From Mobula hypostoma (lineage: Eukaryota): 64,000 bases of DNA. Under the pieces are notes generated by a model. The model worked only from the letters and a program-made list of their open reading frames with translations. It made no database searches and had not been told where the DNA came from. Position 1 is the stretch's first letter. Each line of letters starts with the position of its first letter. The DNA is taken from the NCBI RefSeq assembly GCF_963921235.1, contig NC_086109.1, positions 30,506,001 to 30,570,000 on the forward strand, in the 5' to 3' direction. The translations under genes and the position numbers were made by a program. Below are positions 35,480 to 47,351 of this stretch, piece after piece.

Positions 35480-37310
35480 AAACAGCTGTGATGTTTCTGC
35501 TGCTGGACTGTCGAATCATCAGCCAGGGCCATCCATCTTCAGACATTTCATCCCCTAACCCGGAACATCCTCGGGATGGCAGGACAGCAGGAGGTGGTCA
35601 GTCTTCCACCCCCAACTGTCAGACATCCAACCACTGTCGTCCCTTCGCAGCCAAAGCCAACTGGACGCTCTCACTGCTGCTTGGCCCATGGTGTTAACGG
35701 CTCTCTTCAGGTTCTCCCTTGTATCCCTAAAGCTGCCATCATCTTCCAGCCTGACGTGGCGGGAAATCCTCTTGCCCCCACTTCGATAGGGAAGTTCCAC
35801 GCCTGCCAGCCTTGCCGTCTGCAGTCCGCCACCAGGTCTTCATACCTCGCAAGCTTCCTCTCGTGAGCCTCTTGGCATCGGGTCTCCCATGGTACTGTTA
35901 GCTCTATCACCACGAGCTTCTTTGCACTCTCTGACAATAGTAGAACATCTGGTTGGTGGGAACACCAACTTCTTCTCAATATCAACCTTCATCTCCCAGT
36001 CCTTTGCCATGCTCAGGATACTGTCTCTACGCTTGTTTGTTGCTGCAGCATGTTCCCTGGTCCTGATGAAGTTGATGAAGTTTGGTTGGCTGTCCTTTTT
36101 ATGGTCCTTTTTCCTCTTTGTTTCCAAAGTGTGGGCGAGTGCTCTCATAACCTGGTTGTGTCTCCATCTGTACCATCCCTGGGAAAGGACAACCTGACAT
36201 GCAGAAAGGATATGCTCTAGTTTGGCTGGTTTCTGGCACAGATGGCATGTTGGCTCTTCTGTTATTCCCCAGTTCCACAGGTTTGTTGGAGTTGGTGTTA
36301 CATCATACACAGCCCTCGGTAAGAACTGGAGTTGGAAAGGTGTATATTTCCATATGTCATCCCATGTCATCACTCTCTGATCTGTTTCCCACTTTGTCCA
36401 GGTCCCTTGACTCCCCATCTCCATTGCTCACACATATCTAGCCTCCTCCCCTTTCTTCCTTACCTCCTGCTGGACCAGGTGCCGTCTGTCCTTAGTGTTG
36501 GCCTCCCTCCACTTGATTGTTGACTCACACCCTAGGCCTTGTCTGCCCTTACACACTATTCCGACAACGTCTCTGTGACGAAGTCGGGACTCTGCTTCTT
36601 CTACTGCCTCTGCCGCCTTCCATTTTCTCCCTGTCTGTATCTCGACTCCTGCTTCACTGACCTTGCCGTCCTTGGAGTCTTTGAGGGTCATGATGAGGCG
36701 TGCTTTCCCTGCCTTAAATTCCTGTACAACCGAGGAGAGGGGCAACCGGAGCTTGGCTGATCTGCTGTAGAGCCCTGTTGAAGAGATGCACTGTGGTACT
36801 CCTAACCACCTTCTCAGATACCGGTTTATCTTCCTCTCCATGCCCTCAATCGTTGACAGGGCGATGTCATACAGCATCATTGGCCACATTGGTCTGGGTA
36901 GGAGCCCATGTTGGAAGATCCATGCCTTAAACTTTCCTGGTAAACCTGATTTATCGATCTTTACCAGCCTTTCTGTTGTTTGTTGCTCCAGGCGTCTGCT
37001 GTTGTTGACATCCTTCAGGCTGTCATCATACCATTTCCCTAGGAACTTGATGGGGTTTCCTATGATAGACAGGATTTCTTCTTCCTGGAGCTTCAAGGTG
37101 AACTTCTGGGTAAGTTGGCCTTTCTTTATCACCAGACACCTTGATTTGGCAGGTTTAAATTTCATTCGTGCCCATGTGGCTGTCTTGTCCATTGCTTGGA
37201 GTACCCATCTGGCCTGGATATGTGTTGTGGTTGTAATTGTAAGGTCATCCATAAATCCTCTGCTTGGCTGCTGTCTGATATTAGTGCTTGTCTTTGGCCC
37301 TCTGGTCTCT
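35480..37310 (-). mobile_element. HERO-clade (restriction-like endonuclease) non-LTR retrotransposon, 5'-truncated
   Basis: RT FMDDLT, WARMKFKPAKSR, SGLPGKFKAWIFQHG, RRWLGVP; CCHC knuckle CHLC..LEHILSAC..WRHNQV; RLE motif PDV..ELTVPWE..ERKLARY. One stop and one frameshift separate the three track ORFs. Confidence 0.85.
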
Positions 37311-38973
37311 GGTCACATTATGTGGAGAAAGCTAATGGTGATGTGGACAACAAAATATTGGCGGGCCATTCCAACCGCTGGGATGTTTTTCTCTGTAGAA
37401 GTCCTGAGTTTCTGCTTTGGCATGGGCTGGGAGTAGCATCTTTGCACTTAGCATCCAGGTCACTATCTGTTTCTGTGTCCCATTGATGTCCATGAAGTCC
37501 AATAGGCCAATAAAAATTCAGATAATGAACCAGTTTATATTTGACATACTCCATTAACTTGAGTGGGAGGAGCCTGCTGCCTGGAAGAAATATAATATAT
37601 TTAGTAATTTAATTAAGTTAACATTTTGTGCATGATTTCTTCATTGTAATAAATGAATTAAGTACTGTACTTTTGATGCTTTCACAATGTCTTAATATTT
37701 TGGCATTTCCCAACTGTCCTTGAATGTTTGTAATTGTCGGTGACATTTCAGAAACCTTTAATAAAACTCAAATCCTTGATAGCACTGAGGACAACACCAG
37801 CTGCCTGAGCCATCCTGGTGAGTATACCAAGCTATCTCTTAGGAAATCCCTCCACTTGCACCAGTCATGGTGAAGTCCTGGAAATTGGGCTGTCTGTGGA
37901 AGACTGTGCCAGAGCTATAATGGAATAAACAGTGTGACCCAGGGAAAGGTGGTAACTAATTTCAGGTTGGTGAAAGGTCTATACCATTGTTTCTTTAATT
38001 CAAGTGAAGCAAATTATTGTGTATTTAATACACAATATTTGAGTAATATTATAAATATATTGTTTGATTAAACATTCTTGTTCACTTAAATAATTTATTA
38101 TGGATTAAATATTAAAATAAGTGAATTGCATAAGTCATGGCGCTGCCACATGAAACTTCCACACCTCGCTTAAAGTTAAAACAAGTTTGACTTACACTTC
38201 AGACTTCTTTATTTTCCTTGTAAGTCATTTTACATTTTGGATTTACAAAACTTAACAGTGATGACAGGGTGTTTTTAAAATGAACCTGACTTGACTACCT
38301 ACCTGTGGAATCGCAGTGAGGCATTCAAGGTTTTTTTTAAAAAACAGTGCAGCTCATGTTCTTTGGAAAGGAATACACGATTGCTTAAAAAAAGGGCAGA
38401 AAATGGAATAATTCACAGATTCATAAACAGTGAGTACCAGGTAAAAATAATCATTAAAAAAAAATGGCTGGCTACATCGGAAAGATTGACACATTTGATT
38501 GCACAAGAGATAACTGGATATTGTATACTGAATGGATTGAGCAGTATTTTAATACTGGCAATTTAATACTTTAATAATAGAATAGCTGATGAAGCTAGTG
38601 GTAATTTTACTGTGTGCGTTGGATTTAAAGGCAATTTGCTTCAAAGTTGAACTGTTCCAACCAAACCAGCTGAAGTTATCTTTGCTGATATTGTGAAAGT
38701 AATGCAAAAACATTTATAACTGAAATGATTGTTAATTGCAGAACACTTTAGGTTTCAAATGTGGAATCTAAAGGAAGAGGCCTCTACTTCAGCGTACGTG
38801 GATGAACTGAAGAAAATGTCTGAGCATTGTCAGCTCAATGATGCACACGAGAGATTGTTTAGTTTGTGGAACCTTACCAGAAAGCATTCAGAAACAGCTC
38901 TTAACTGAAGCACAATTTTCATTTAAAAGAGCAATTGAAATAGCTCTATTAATGGAACAGCAGAAAGAGATGC

Positions 38974-39633
38974 AAACAAGAGAAAATCTACAGATTCTGA
39001 AAACCCAGGACCACTTCTGAATTATTTTCAAAACTTTCAAGACCCTCAATTCGTTGTTTAAATTCAGATGTAGGCTATTATTAACTTTTATTATACGTGA
39101 AGGTATTTTACCTTTTTTTCTCCTTAGTAAACAGCTTCGGTCTTGGTAGGGGTTAGACTCTTTTTTTTGCAATAAATTAGCATATTTCAATATAACTTTG
39201 ACTAACATACATGAATACGGGGTAATGAGATTGTTATTATGAATAGATACAATGTAATTGGTAGTTTTTTTAACCTTTATATATACTTTCTTATACTCTG
39301 TATTCTTCTATGTAGAAACTAATCAAAATATTGAAAGAGATGCTGAAAATCCAAGGAAAACACACAAAGTGCTGGAGGAACTCAGCAGGCCAGGCAGCAC
39401 CGATAGAAAAGAGTACAGCTAATGTTGCAGGCTGAGACCCTTCGGCAGGACCGGAGAGAAAAGCTGAGGAATAGATTTAAAAAGTGAAGGGAGGGGGAGA
39501 GAGAAACACAAGGTGATGGGTGAAACCTGAAGGGGGAGGGATGAAGTAAAGAGCTGGGAAGTTGATTGCTGATGGGGATACGGGGCTGGCAAAGAGGGAG
39601 TCTGATTGAAGAGGACAGAAAGCCATGGAAGAA
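38974..39633 (-). mobile_element. PLE pLTR fragment inserted in the Gypsy 3 gag
   Basis: AGAAAATCTACAG..TGCTGGAGGAACTCAGCAGGCCAGGCAGC; flanked by AGA[A/C]AGAGATGC at 38962-38973 and 39634-39645. Confidence 0.8.
39008..39337 (+). mobile_element. AT-rich LINE 3' end (L1/Tx1-like) inserted in the PLE fragment
   Basis: Flanked by an imperfect 16-bp duplication AGAT[T/G]CTGAAAA[C/T]CCA; starts with GPLLNYFQN, like L1/Tx1 ORF2 ends; A-rich terminus. Confidence 0.55.
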
Positions 39634-39990
39634 AGACAGAGATGCGATTGAGTTGCAGTCGGGAATGAAAGTCAATGTAAACAAAATTGCAATGTCTGCC
39701 TGGCTGAATAAATTGTGTTACCATTGTGCCAGGGGCTCACGTACACCAGACAAATGCAGATTTAAATGGGAAACTTCCAGAAAATGGAAGAAAAAAGGGC
39801 ACATACAAAGAACATGTCAGGCAGACAAAAATAAATGGATTGCACAGGGAAGAGAAAAAGCTAAAAGGATAAGTTGCAGTTCCAAAAAGAGCATTAATCT
39901 GCATACTGCTGATGACAAATCTGATAATGATGAGAGTGACATAGGACTGAGTAGCCTTGGGATTTTCGTAATGAAAATTAACAATTGGCA

Positions 39991-40427
39991 AACAACATAC
40001 ACAAATGCTGGAGGAACTCAGCAAGTGAGGCAGCATCGATGGAAATGAATAAATTGTTGACTTTTGGGCTGCGGCTCTCCTTCAGCACTGGAGAGGAAGG
40101 GGTAAGCCACCGGAATAAAAATGTGGGGAGGAAGGGAAGGAGAATAGCTGGAAGGTGATAGGTGAAGCCAGGTGAGGAGGAAAGATAAAGCGCTGGAGAG
40201 GAAAGAATCTGTTTGGAGAGGAGAGTGGACCATAAGAGAATGGGAAGGAGGAGGGAATCCAGGAAGAGGTGATAGGCAAAATGGGGAATTAAAAAAAAGA
40301 GGGGAGGGGGGAGGGAATTCTTTTTAACCAGAAGGAGAAATCAATATTTATGCCATTAGGTTGGAGGCTTTCTAGATAGAATATAAGGTGTTACTCCTCC
40401 ACCCTGAGGCTGGTCTTATCTTGGCAT
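39991..40427 (-). mobile_element. Second PLE pLTR fragment in Gypsy 3
   Basis: ACACAAATGCTGGAGGAACTCAGC, purine-rich body and GGTTGGAGGCT; homologous to 1573-2050. Confidence 0.8.
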
Positions 40428-40788
40428 AATAGATAAGCAATATGGCTTACACCAGAAGTGAACAACAAATTAATTAAAATGAAATTGGGCACTGGCTCGG
40501 CTGTTTCAGTCATTCCACAAAATGAAATTGAATGGCATTTCAAAGATACTAAACTGAAGCCTGCAGATTTCCAACTATGAATTTATACTGGAGAAAAGAT
40601 AACTCCTGTGGGAATTACAGCCCACCAAGCTACATTGGGCTTGTAAATAACAAAAGCAGAAGGGCCAGAATTTTGGGGATATGATTGGCTGAGATAACTA
40701 TGACTTGATTGGAGATCCATCCATTTGCATGCCACATTCCCTGTAACAGACTCAACTAAAAACAAATTAAGAAAGGTGCCTGATGATG

Positions 40789-41062
40789 CCAGAACTTCTC
40801 CATCCTGTACACCACGAGCCATTGCCAAGCATAGGGCAAACAGATACTGATGCCAGTCTTTCTGCCTCTGGTTGGAAACATATTGGACCAAGGAAGGACC
40901 ATTGTAAAGGTGATGAAAGCAGTGCTCCAGCTACAAAGCTATTACAGGCACCATATCTCAGAAAGCTGCTGATATGTTAATCAGGCAGTTACTTGCAAAA
41001 TGTGACTTGGTTTTAAGCTGGATAAGAATTCAGGAAGCTTCAGCAAAGTTGCAAGCATCTGG
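40789..41062 (+). pseudogene. RBM25: RBM25 processed fragment, 5' part (Pro-rich region and first half of the RRM)
   Basis: With frameshifts reads VGKHIGPRKDH..DESSAPAT..GTISQKAADMLIRQLLAKCDLVLSWIRIQEASAKLQASG. Vertebrate RBM25 as I recall it: VGKHLGARKDH..GNISEKASDMLIRQLLAKCGLVLSWKRVQGASGKLQAFG. Confidence 0.9.
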
Positions 41063-42852
41063 TCAAGATGGTGTCTGTGTTCAATATCCTTTTGGTCAAC
41101 ATCTTCTGGATAGATCATGGTGCCAAACCAGCAGAAATGGATCACTCAGTTGGAGTCTGGAGTACTAGAACTAAGAAAGTTTTATTAAAGAAACAAGCAA
41201 CACAGTAATCGAAAGGATAATAAATGCAACAGTTCAGCGATGATAAACACACATGTGCACAGAATTAAGATAACAGCATCAATCAAGCTCTATCGTTGTC
41301 TAGGGGTAAATGACCAAATTTCAAAGTGACTCAAAGTTCAGTCCAGTTTAGTAGTTCAGTTCGCAGTAATCGTTGCCATGGCGATGGACAACGTGGGGGG
41401 GGGGGAGAGAGAGAGAGAACAGGAACAACTGATCATTCAGACACGGCTTCCACTCACAGACTGGCGAGATGGCTCACAAGCAGCTTTTGGGCAGGTCCTT
41501 GGTGATGTCACCTGAGGTCACCGACTGTGACCCCTCCTCCAGATGCGGTCGATCCTCTGCAGTGAACCTGGCACCCACGCAAGGGCGGACACACACCGGG
41601 TTCCCACTGATCGTACCTTTCCACCCTGGCCGTTGTCTGGTACTTCCCACCGACTCGTGAGAAGCGTACCGCTTCCAGGGTCTCGTTACCTCGGGTGGCG
41701 TGTGTCCTGCCTTAGCGAACCGGTCCCTTTTTATCCCCCTGCTGGGGTATCGCCTGTCCATCACTTCAAACAGTTCAAGGTTCAAAGGGGGAGCCGCTCC
41801 AGACAGCTCTCTCTCCCACGTCCCTTCATTACACATCTCCAGACGCTGCTCCATTGTTCCTTATCTCTCCTTCCCCCGAGGGCAGGTGGCAGACCACTTG
41901 CTGATGTCACTGATGCTAACACAGGCCAGCAAACATCTTAATTTTATGTGTATTCTCGTCACAATGGAGACACTTCTTTTAAGGCTTTTACATTTGCTTC
42001 TTGTCTTGGATGCGATTCTGGAACTATTGGAGATGGTGTTTTGCTGTTTGGATGCTTCAGCGTTCTGCAGCCTCTGAGATTTCGGGAGGCAGAGGCAGCA
42101 TGAATGAACCTTGTGGTGAGAAGCCTGCAGAATGGTGTGTAAGCCAGTGATTAATCCCATTTCGTCAAGAATAGCTTCCACTGCTTGCCGATTAAGGCAA
42201 CAAGGGTGATTGAAGCATCAAGGTGTGAAATGTGGCGACTGTCTGGGTGCTCCAGCACTCTGCAGTCTCTGAGTGGATTCCAAGAGGTGGAGGCCGCGTG
42301 CACGAATCTCATTGCGAGCTGGCTGCAGGATGGGGCACAAGCCGATGTTTTGCTCCATTTTGCCGATTAAAACTTCCATCGTTTGACGAGCGCAATTGGA
42401 GCGTGGAAGTGAGTGCGGAGGGTGAGCATCAACTGCCTTCCTTCTGATCACTCTGCAACACCATCAGACAGAAGAGAGTCTGCTGCTGTGGGGAGTGTTG
42501 CACAGGTTTTTACCCCTGAGTTGGACGTGGACTTGGACTATAAGATCCTTTTTTCAGTCTTATAGTTTCTATATTGTGTTTTTTCACCTGATCTTCTCAT
42601 TTTTTTTGTGTGGGGAGGGGGATTTGGGGGATGACGTGCCTGATCCTCTTTGTTCATTTTTTTTGTGTGGAGGAGGGATCTGGTGGTTGATGGGCCTATT
42701 CCATTTTTGTTTGTTTTTTTTTTGCGGGGAGATGGGATTTGGGAGTTGCTGATTGTGTTGCCTTTCTTTTCTTTCTTGGTTTCACGGCTACCCAGAAAAC
42801 TGAAGAATTTCAGAGTCGTATACTTTGATAATAAAATGAACCTTTCAACCTT
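41063..42852 (+). mobile_element. ~950-bp non-autonomous LINE-like element inserted in the RBM25 fragment and split by a solo LTR
   Basis: Starts TCAAGATGGTG; ends CTTTGATAATAAAATGAACCTTTCAACCTT (poly(A) signal plus short-repeat tail of Rex1/Babar type); no coding remnants. Confidence 0.65.
41121..41963 (-). mobile_element. Solo LTR (843 bp)
   Basis: TG...GTCACA with 4-bp TSD ATGG; homologous to 59402-60254; AATAAA on the minus strand near the left end. Confidence 0.85.
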
Positions 42853-43172
42853 CGAGAGAATAAAGAACCAAAATCTACTCTGCTACATTAAAGTTATTGC
42901 ATGAACTTCAAGGGGAGACAAAAATCTGCTTGTAAAAGTAGATGCAAAGACCAAAGCCCAGCTGGATGAATGGAAGGCCAAAAAGAAAGGGGTCAATCGA
43001 GATATGAAAACAGAGGATTCCTCAGATGATGTTGTGAATGAAGAAACCAAGAGGTGAAATCAGTTTGTAAAGGAAGCAATAGAAGGATTAGTAAGAGAAT
43101 ATTCCAGTGAACTAAATGCACCTTCCCAAGATCAAGATGCACAAGCTAGAAGAAAAAGGAAGGATAATAAAG
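42853..43172 (+). pseudogene. RBM25: RBM25 processed fragment, 3' part (end of the RRM and the following region)
   Basis: KEPKSTL..LLHELQ.GDKNLLVKVDAKTKAQLDEWKAKKKGVNRDMKTEDSSDDVVNEETKR*NQFVKEAIEGLVREYSSELNAPSQDQDAQARRKRK. Matches recalled RBM25 LLVKVDAKTKAQLDEWKAKKK and AIEVLIREYSSELNAPSQ. Not in the ORF track. Confidence 0.92.
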
Positions 43173-44934
43173 GTGTCCAGAGCTATTAGAACCCTTTTCT
43201 GCAATCTTGGTGCCAACTCCTACAACTTCCCAGAAGCTGAGATTGTTTCACAGCACAAGTCCTCCCGGCCACAGAAGTAAGAAATCCTCCACAGGGATTA
43301 AACCTTTAGGCCTGAATGGGACAATATAAAAATTTACTATGCTATATATGTACTGTGTATGGTTGAGATGCTTCCTACATTGAGTTGGCGTTTATTGCTA
43401 AGCAGGGAGTGTTGTGTATTTAATACTTCAGTAGTATTTGAGTAATACTGTAAATGTATTACTCAAAATGTTTGATTAAACATCTTTATTCATTTAAATA
43501 ATTCATTATGGGTTATGTGTAAAAGTAAGTGAATTACATACATCACTACATTACCACACGATATGTGCACATCTCACTTAAAGTAAAAACAAGTTAGACT
43601 CATATTTCGGACCCCTTTGTTTGCCCTTCGGTTAAATTTATGGTTTGGAGTTACAAAACATAACACATTTCAAAAGACAAGGTTTGGATATTTTTCCTGA
43701 ACTGCATGCATGTTTCTTGCCAAAATTTGCTGCATCTTTCATGGATAGTCAGTGATAGTATTCCGAGCATCGTGATTATTTTGACTGCAATTTCTCATCA
43801 AATATTGAGTTTCTGAAAGTTTTCAATAAGGCAAAACTGATGTGGTTTTAAGCCAAGTGATTAATCAATTGTCTGAATTGAAGTATTTGGCTACAGAGGC
43901 AAGTGTATCACATTGAGTAGGTTTGAATAGATGATTGAGCGAGAAAACAAAAGATTGGTTCCATCCAGAGATAATAATGTATTCATAATGTGTCTTTTTT
44001 TTGTTGATTAGAAGAGGAATTAGGGAAGGAGAGGAGATGTGAGGCTTGGGCCTTCGCTCAGGCTCAGTGACACTTGCTAATGACCTGGTCAGGTTTCCTA
44101 AAATATCTGAGAAATGGAAAGCTGGTAGTAACCAGTGCACAGAGGTAATGTCAAGAAGAAAAGTGAAGAAGATAATTTTCCAAATTGGGTAAAATAAAGT
44201 ATTTTCTTTTTTAAACAATCATGATTGTCCATTATTGCAGTTGCAAGATGAATTAAAAATACATAGTAAGATATCTCATTCACTTTTGTATAAGAATGTA
44301 CCCTCTCTCCTGAGTACCCAATAAAATGAGGCTTGGAACAAAGATTGCTGAAATTTTGAAATTAAGAAATGGAGACATGCTAAAAAGGTCAGAGGACATC
44401 TGTGGAGAGAGAAAAGAAGATAACATTTCAAGTTCTTTCTGCAGAACCAGAGAATAACTGTTTGCCCTCCCTGGAGTCACTGAGCATTTTAAATGTTCGC
44501 TTCAAAGCAGCTTGTACTTCCTTTGAGCATAGAAGGAAAGGATATAATAGCTCAAAAGTAATAGGATCAAAGCTGACTCATCTTAAGGAGTAGACAATTA
44601 AACCCCTTCTCCCTTTCTTTTTCTTTCATGCATCTCTACAATTTTGTTCTCTTTCAAATGTTTATCTATTTCCTTTTTAAAGGCTACCAAAGAGCTTTTA
44701 TCTTCTATCCTGTTAGGGAATACATTTCAAAGCTTAACAACTACAAAAATGACCCTCATATTGACTCTAGTCCCTTTGCAATTATGATTATCTGTACTTC
44801 CCAGTTACCAAAGCTTGACCCACTGAGTTCCTCCAGGACTTGTGTGTTCCAGATTCCAGCATTTGCAGCCTCTTATGTTGACCAGACCTTAAATCATTGG
44901 AAGCAGTTTATCTTTACTTCCTCCCCCAAACCAT

Positions 44935-45260
44935 GGTGGAGTGGCACATCTATGCAGAGATTAACGTCACTACATCAGCACCGGAGACACAAGTTCAATT
45001 CTGCCCCTAGGTGTGTCTATTAAGAGATTGCAGGTGCTCTCTACTGCATAGGCTTCTCCCCCCACATTCATGATCTGCAGGTCAGTACATTAATATACAT
45101 TTTGCAGTGTAAAATTCCTATGGTGTGTAGCTGAGTTATAGAATTTGGAGGAGATGTTACAAATGTGGGGAGAATATAATGGGATTAAATCAAATGGGTG
45201 CTTGATAGTCAACACGGATAGTGGACCAAAAGGTCTATTTCCACGTTGTAAACGTCTCTG
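44935..45260 (+). mobile_element. Degenerate V-domain tRNA SINE
   Basis: B-box-like AAGTTCAATTC, decayed V core and CR1-like tail GTGGACCAAAAGGTCT. Confidence 0.5.
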
Positions 45261-45343
45261 TGTCCAGCACATTAAGGTTTCAAATGGTCCTTCCAGGTGA
45301 GACGACACGTTACCTGCCAGTCATTTGGTGTCATCTATTGCTT

Positions 45344-45765
45344 TGTCAGGGCACTGAAGCAGAGACTCCAATCGCAGACCAAGTACTGTGCGCACTGTGA
45401 TGTTTACTGAGTAGCAAATCCAGGCGGCAACAAAGTCGGTGTTAAAGTTCAGGCAGTGATCAAAACAAAGGCTGGAAAGGCTTAGGAAAATTCACTGGCA
45501 CAATCTGGCAGCAAAGAGGTGAAAACACAGGACTGAAATACACTGAGCAATAAACAGAGAGGCAGATGATAGGTGGAGCACAGTGAGACACAGTTGGCGG
45601 CATTACAGGTAATAATGAGAAGCAGATGAGAGACAGAGTACTCAGTAATACAGGGGCCAGAGTAGAGCAGGAGCAGGGACAGGAGCACATGGTAATACAA
45701 AACCACAGACTGACAGCTCGGGGGAAAACACACAAAAAGACAGAGTTCAACTGGAGGTACTGACA
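45344..45765 (-). mobile_element. Solo LTR (422 bp)
   Basis: TGTCAG...CTGACA inverted termini with perfect 5-bp TSD TGCTT (45339-45343 and 45766-45770). Orientation is tentative. Confidence 0.9.
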
Positions 45766-45909
45766 TGCTTCTTCTACATCGGTGAGACTTGCAGATTTGG
45801 GGATCACTTTGATGAGCACCTCTGCTCTGTCTGCCTCAAAAGTCAAGGTCTCCTGGCGGCTACCATTTCATTTCAACATCCCATTCACATTATGACACAT
45901 CTGATATGG

Positions 45910-47351
45910 CAGAGCATTGGGACAGGATGGCGTAGACCCCAAGGTCCTGAAGGAGTGTGCTCAGTAGCTGTGTGGAGCTCTACAGCAGATTTTCAGTCTG
46001 AGTCTCAGCCTGGAGAGTGTCCCGACTGTATGGAAAACATCATGTATGGAAGTCTTAAATGACCTTTGAGCAATACCCCGAAGAACCTAGAGAGGCTGTT
46101 CCTGGCTCACCTCTGACTCCTAGTCAGATCAGACCTCAATCCCCTGCAACAAGAACACATTGGAGCTGATGATCCTGTCATCTATCTGCTGAACAGAGCC
46201 GACATCCACTTGGATAAGCAGGACAGCACTGTGAGGATCATGGTTTTTTGATTTATCAAGTGCCTTCAATACCATGCAGCCCTCACTGATGGGGAAAAAG
46301 CTCCATGCAATGCAGGTTGGCACTTCCTTTGTATCCTGGATAATAGACTACCTGACTGGTAGACCACAATTTGTGTGGCTTCAGAGCTGTGTGTCAGACA
46401 TGGCTATATGCAGCACCAGGGCCCCACAGGGGACAGTATTTTGCTCCCTTCCTGTTTATCCTTTTTACTTCAAACTTCAGATACAACACTGAATCGTTTC
46501 ATCTGCAGAAATTCTCTGAGAACTCAGCAATAGATGGGTGTATAAAGGGTGGATGGGAGGATGAATACAGGACCCTGGTGGAGGACTTTGTCAAATGGTA
46601 CAAGCTGAATCACCTGAAGCTCAACATCAATAAGACAAAGGAGGTGGTGATGAGCTTTAGGTAGACTAAGCCTGCACTGCTCTCTGTTACTATTGATAGT
46701 GAGGGTGTGAATGTGGTGAGGATCTGCAAGTACCTGGGGGTACACTTGGATGTCAGACCTGAGTGGAGCACCAACACAGAGGCAGTGTACAAGAAGGGCC
46801 AGAGTCACCTCTATTTCCTGAGGAGGCTGAGGTCCTTTGGAGTATGCAGGCCTCTCTTTCACGTGTTCTATCAGTCTGCTGTCGCCAGTACAATCTTCTG
46901 TTTGGTGGTGTGCTGGGGCAATGGCATCAACACGGGTGATGCCAACATGCTCAATAATCTGATTAGAAAGGTTGGCTCCGTCGTAGGAGTCAAACTGGGC
47001 ATAATAGAGGCTGTGGTAGAACAAGAGACCCTACAAAAAATCCTGGCAATTCTGGACAATGTTTCTCATCCTCTGCGTGCCACCTTGTCTAAACAGAGGA
47101 GCACTTTTAGTAATAGACTAAGACAACCACGCTGCTCCAAAGAGCGCTATATGAGGTCATTCTTACCCTCAGCCATTAGGCTCTATAATGAGTCAACCTA
47201 TAGCCAGGGAAGTGATGACCCCTCCCATTAGACTGTTTGAGGTAATTTTTTTATTCTTGTTTACTTCTCTTCTAATATTTGTATATTTGTGCACTTGTAA
47301 TGTTACTGTGATACTGTAATTTTCTTTGGGATCCATAAAGTACTTATCTAT
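45910..47351 (+). mobile_element. Rex1/Babar LINE, 5'-truncated, degenerate RT
   Basis: DGVDPKVLKECA, FDLSSAFNTMQP, APQGTV, LQKFSENS (decayed YxDD), KYLGVHLD, KKGQSHLYFLRRLRSF, SFLPSAIRLYN; ATAAAGTACTTATCTATCT tail. Confidence 0.9.

Larger units (their letters stand above)
38015..43665 (+). mobile_element. Gypsy element 3: two LTRs, gag plus protease, RT/RNaseH/IN replaced by a captured RBM25 fragment, several nested insertions
   Basis: LTRs 38015-38257 and 43410-43665 (T[A/G]TTGTGTATTTAATA...TAACA); decayed Ser-type PBS GTGATGACAGG; gag MAGYIGKIDTFD..DNWILYTEWIEQYF at 38464; protease IKMKLGTGSAVSVIP at ~40475; pol end RNPPQGLNL* at ~43280-43309; PPT AAGCAGGGAG. No clear TSD. Confidence 0.85.

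Noticed and set aside
40583..40891. Minus-strand ORF with an integrase-like QYVSNQRQKDWHQYL string
   Set aside because: It is the antisense of the RBM25 fragment and the Gypsy protease linker; upstream residues do not fit integrase.
40789..43172. The functional RBM25 gene
   Set aside because: Frameshifts, an in-frame stop, no start or C-terminal PWI region, no splice sites, and the gap is a transposon insertion rather than an intron.
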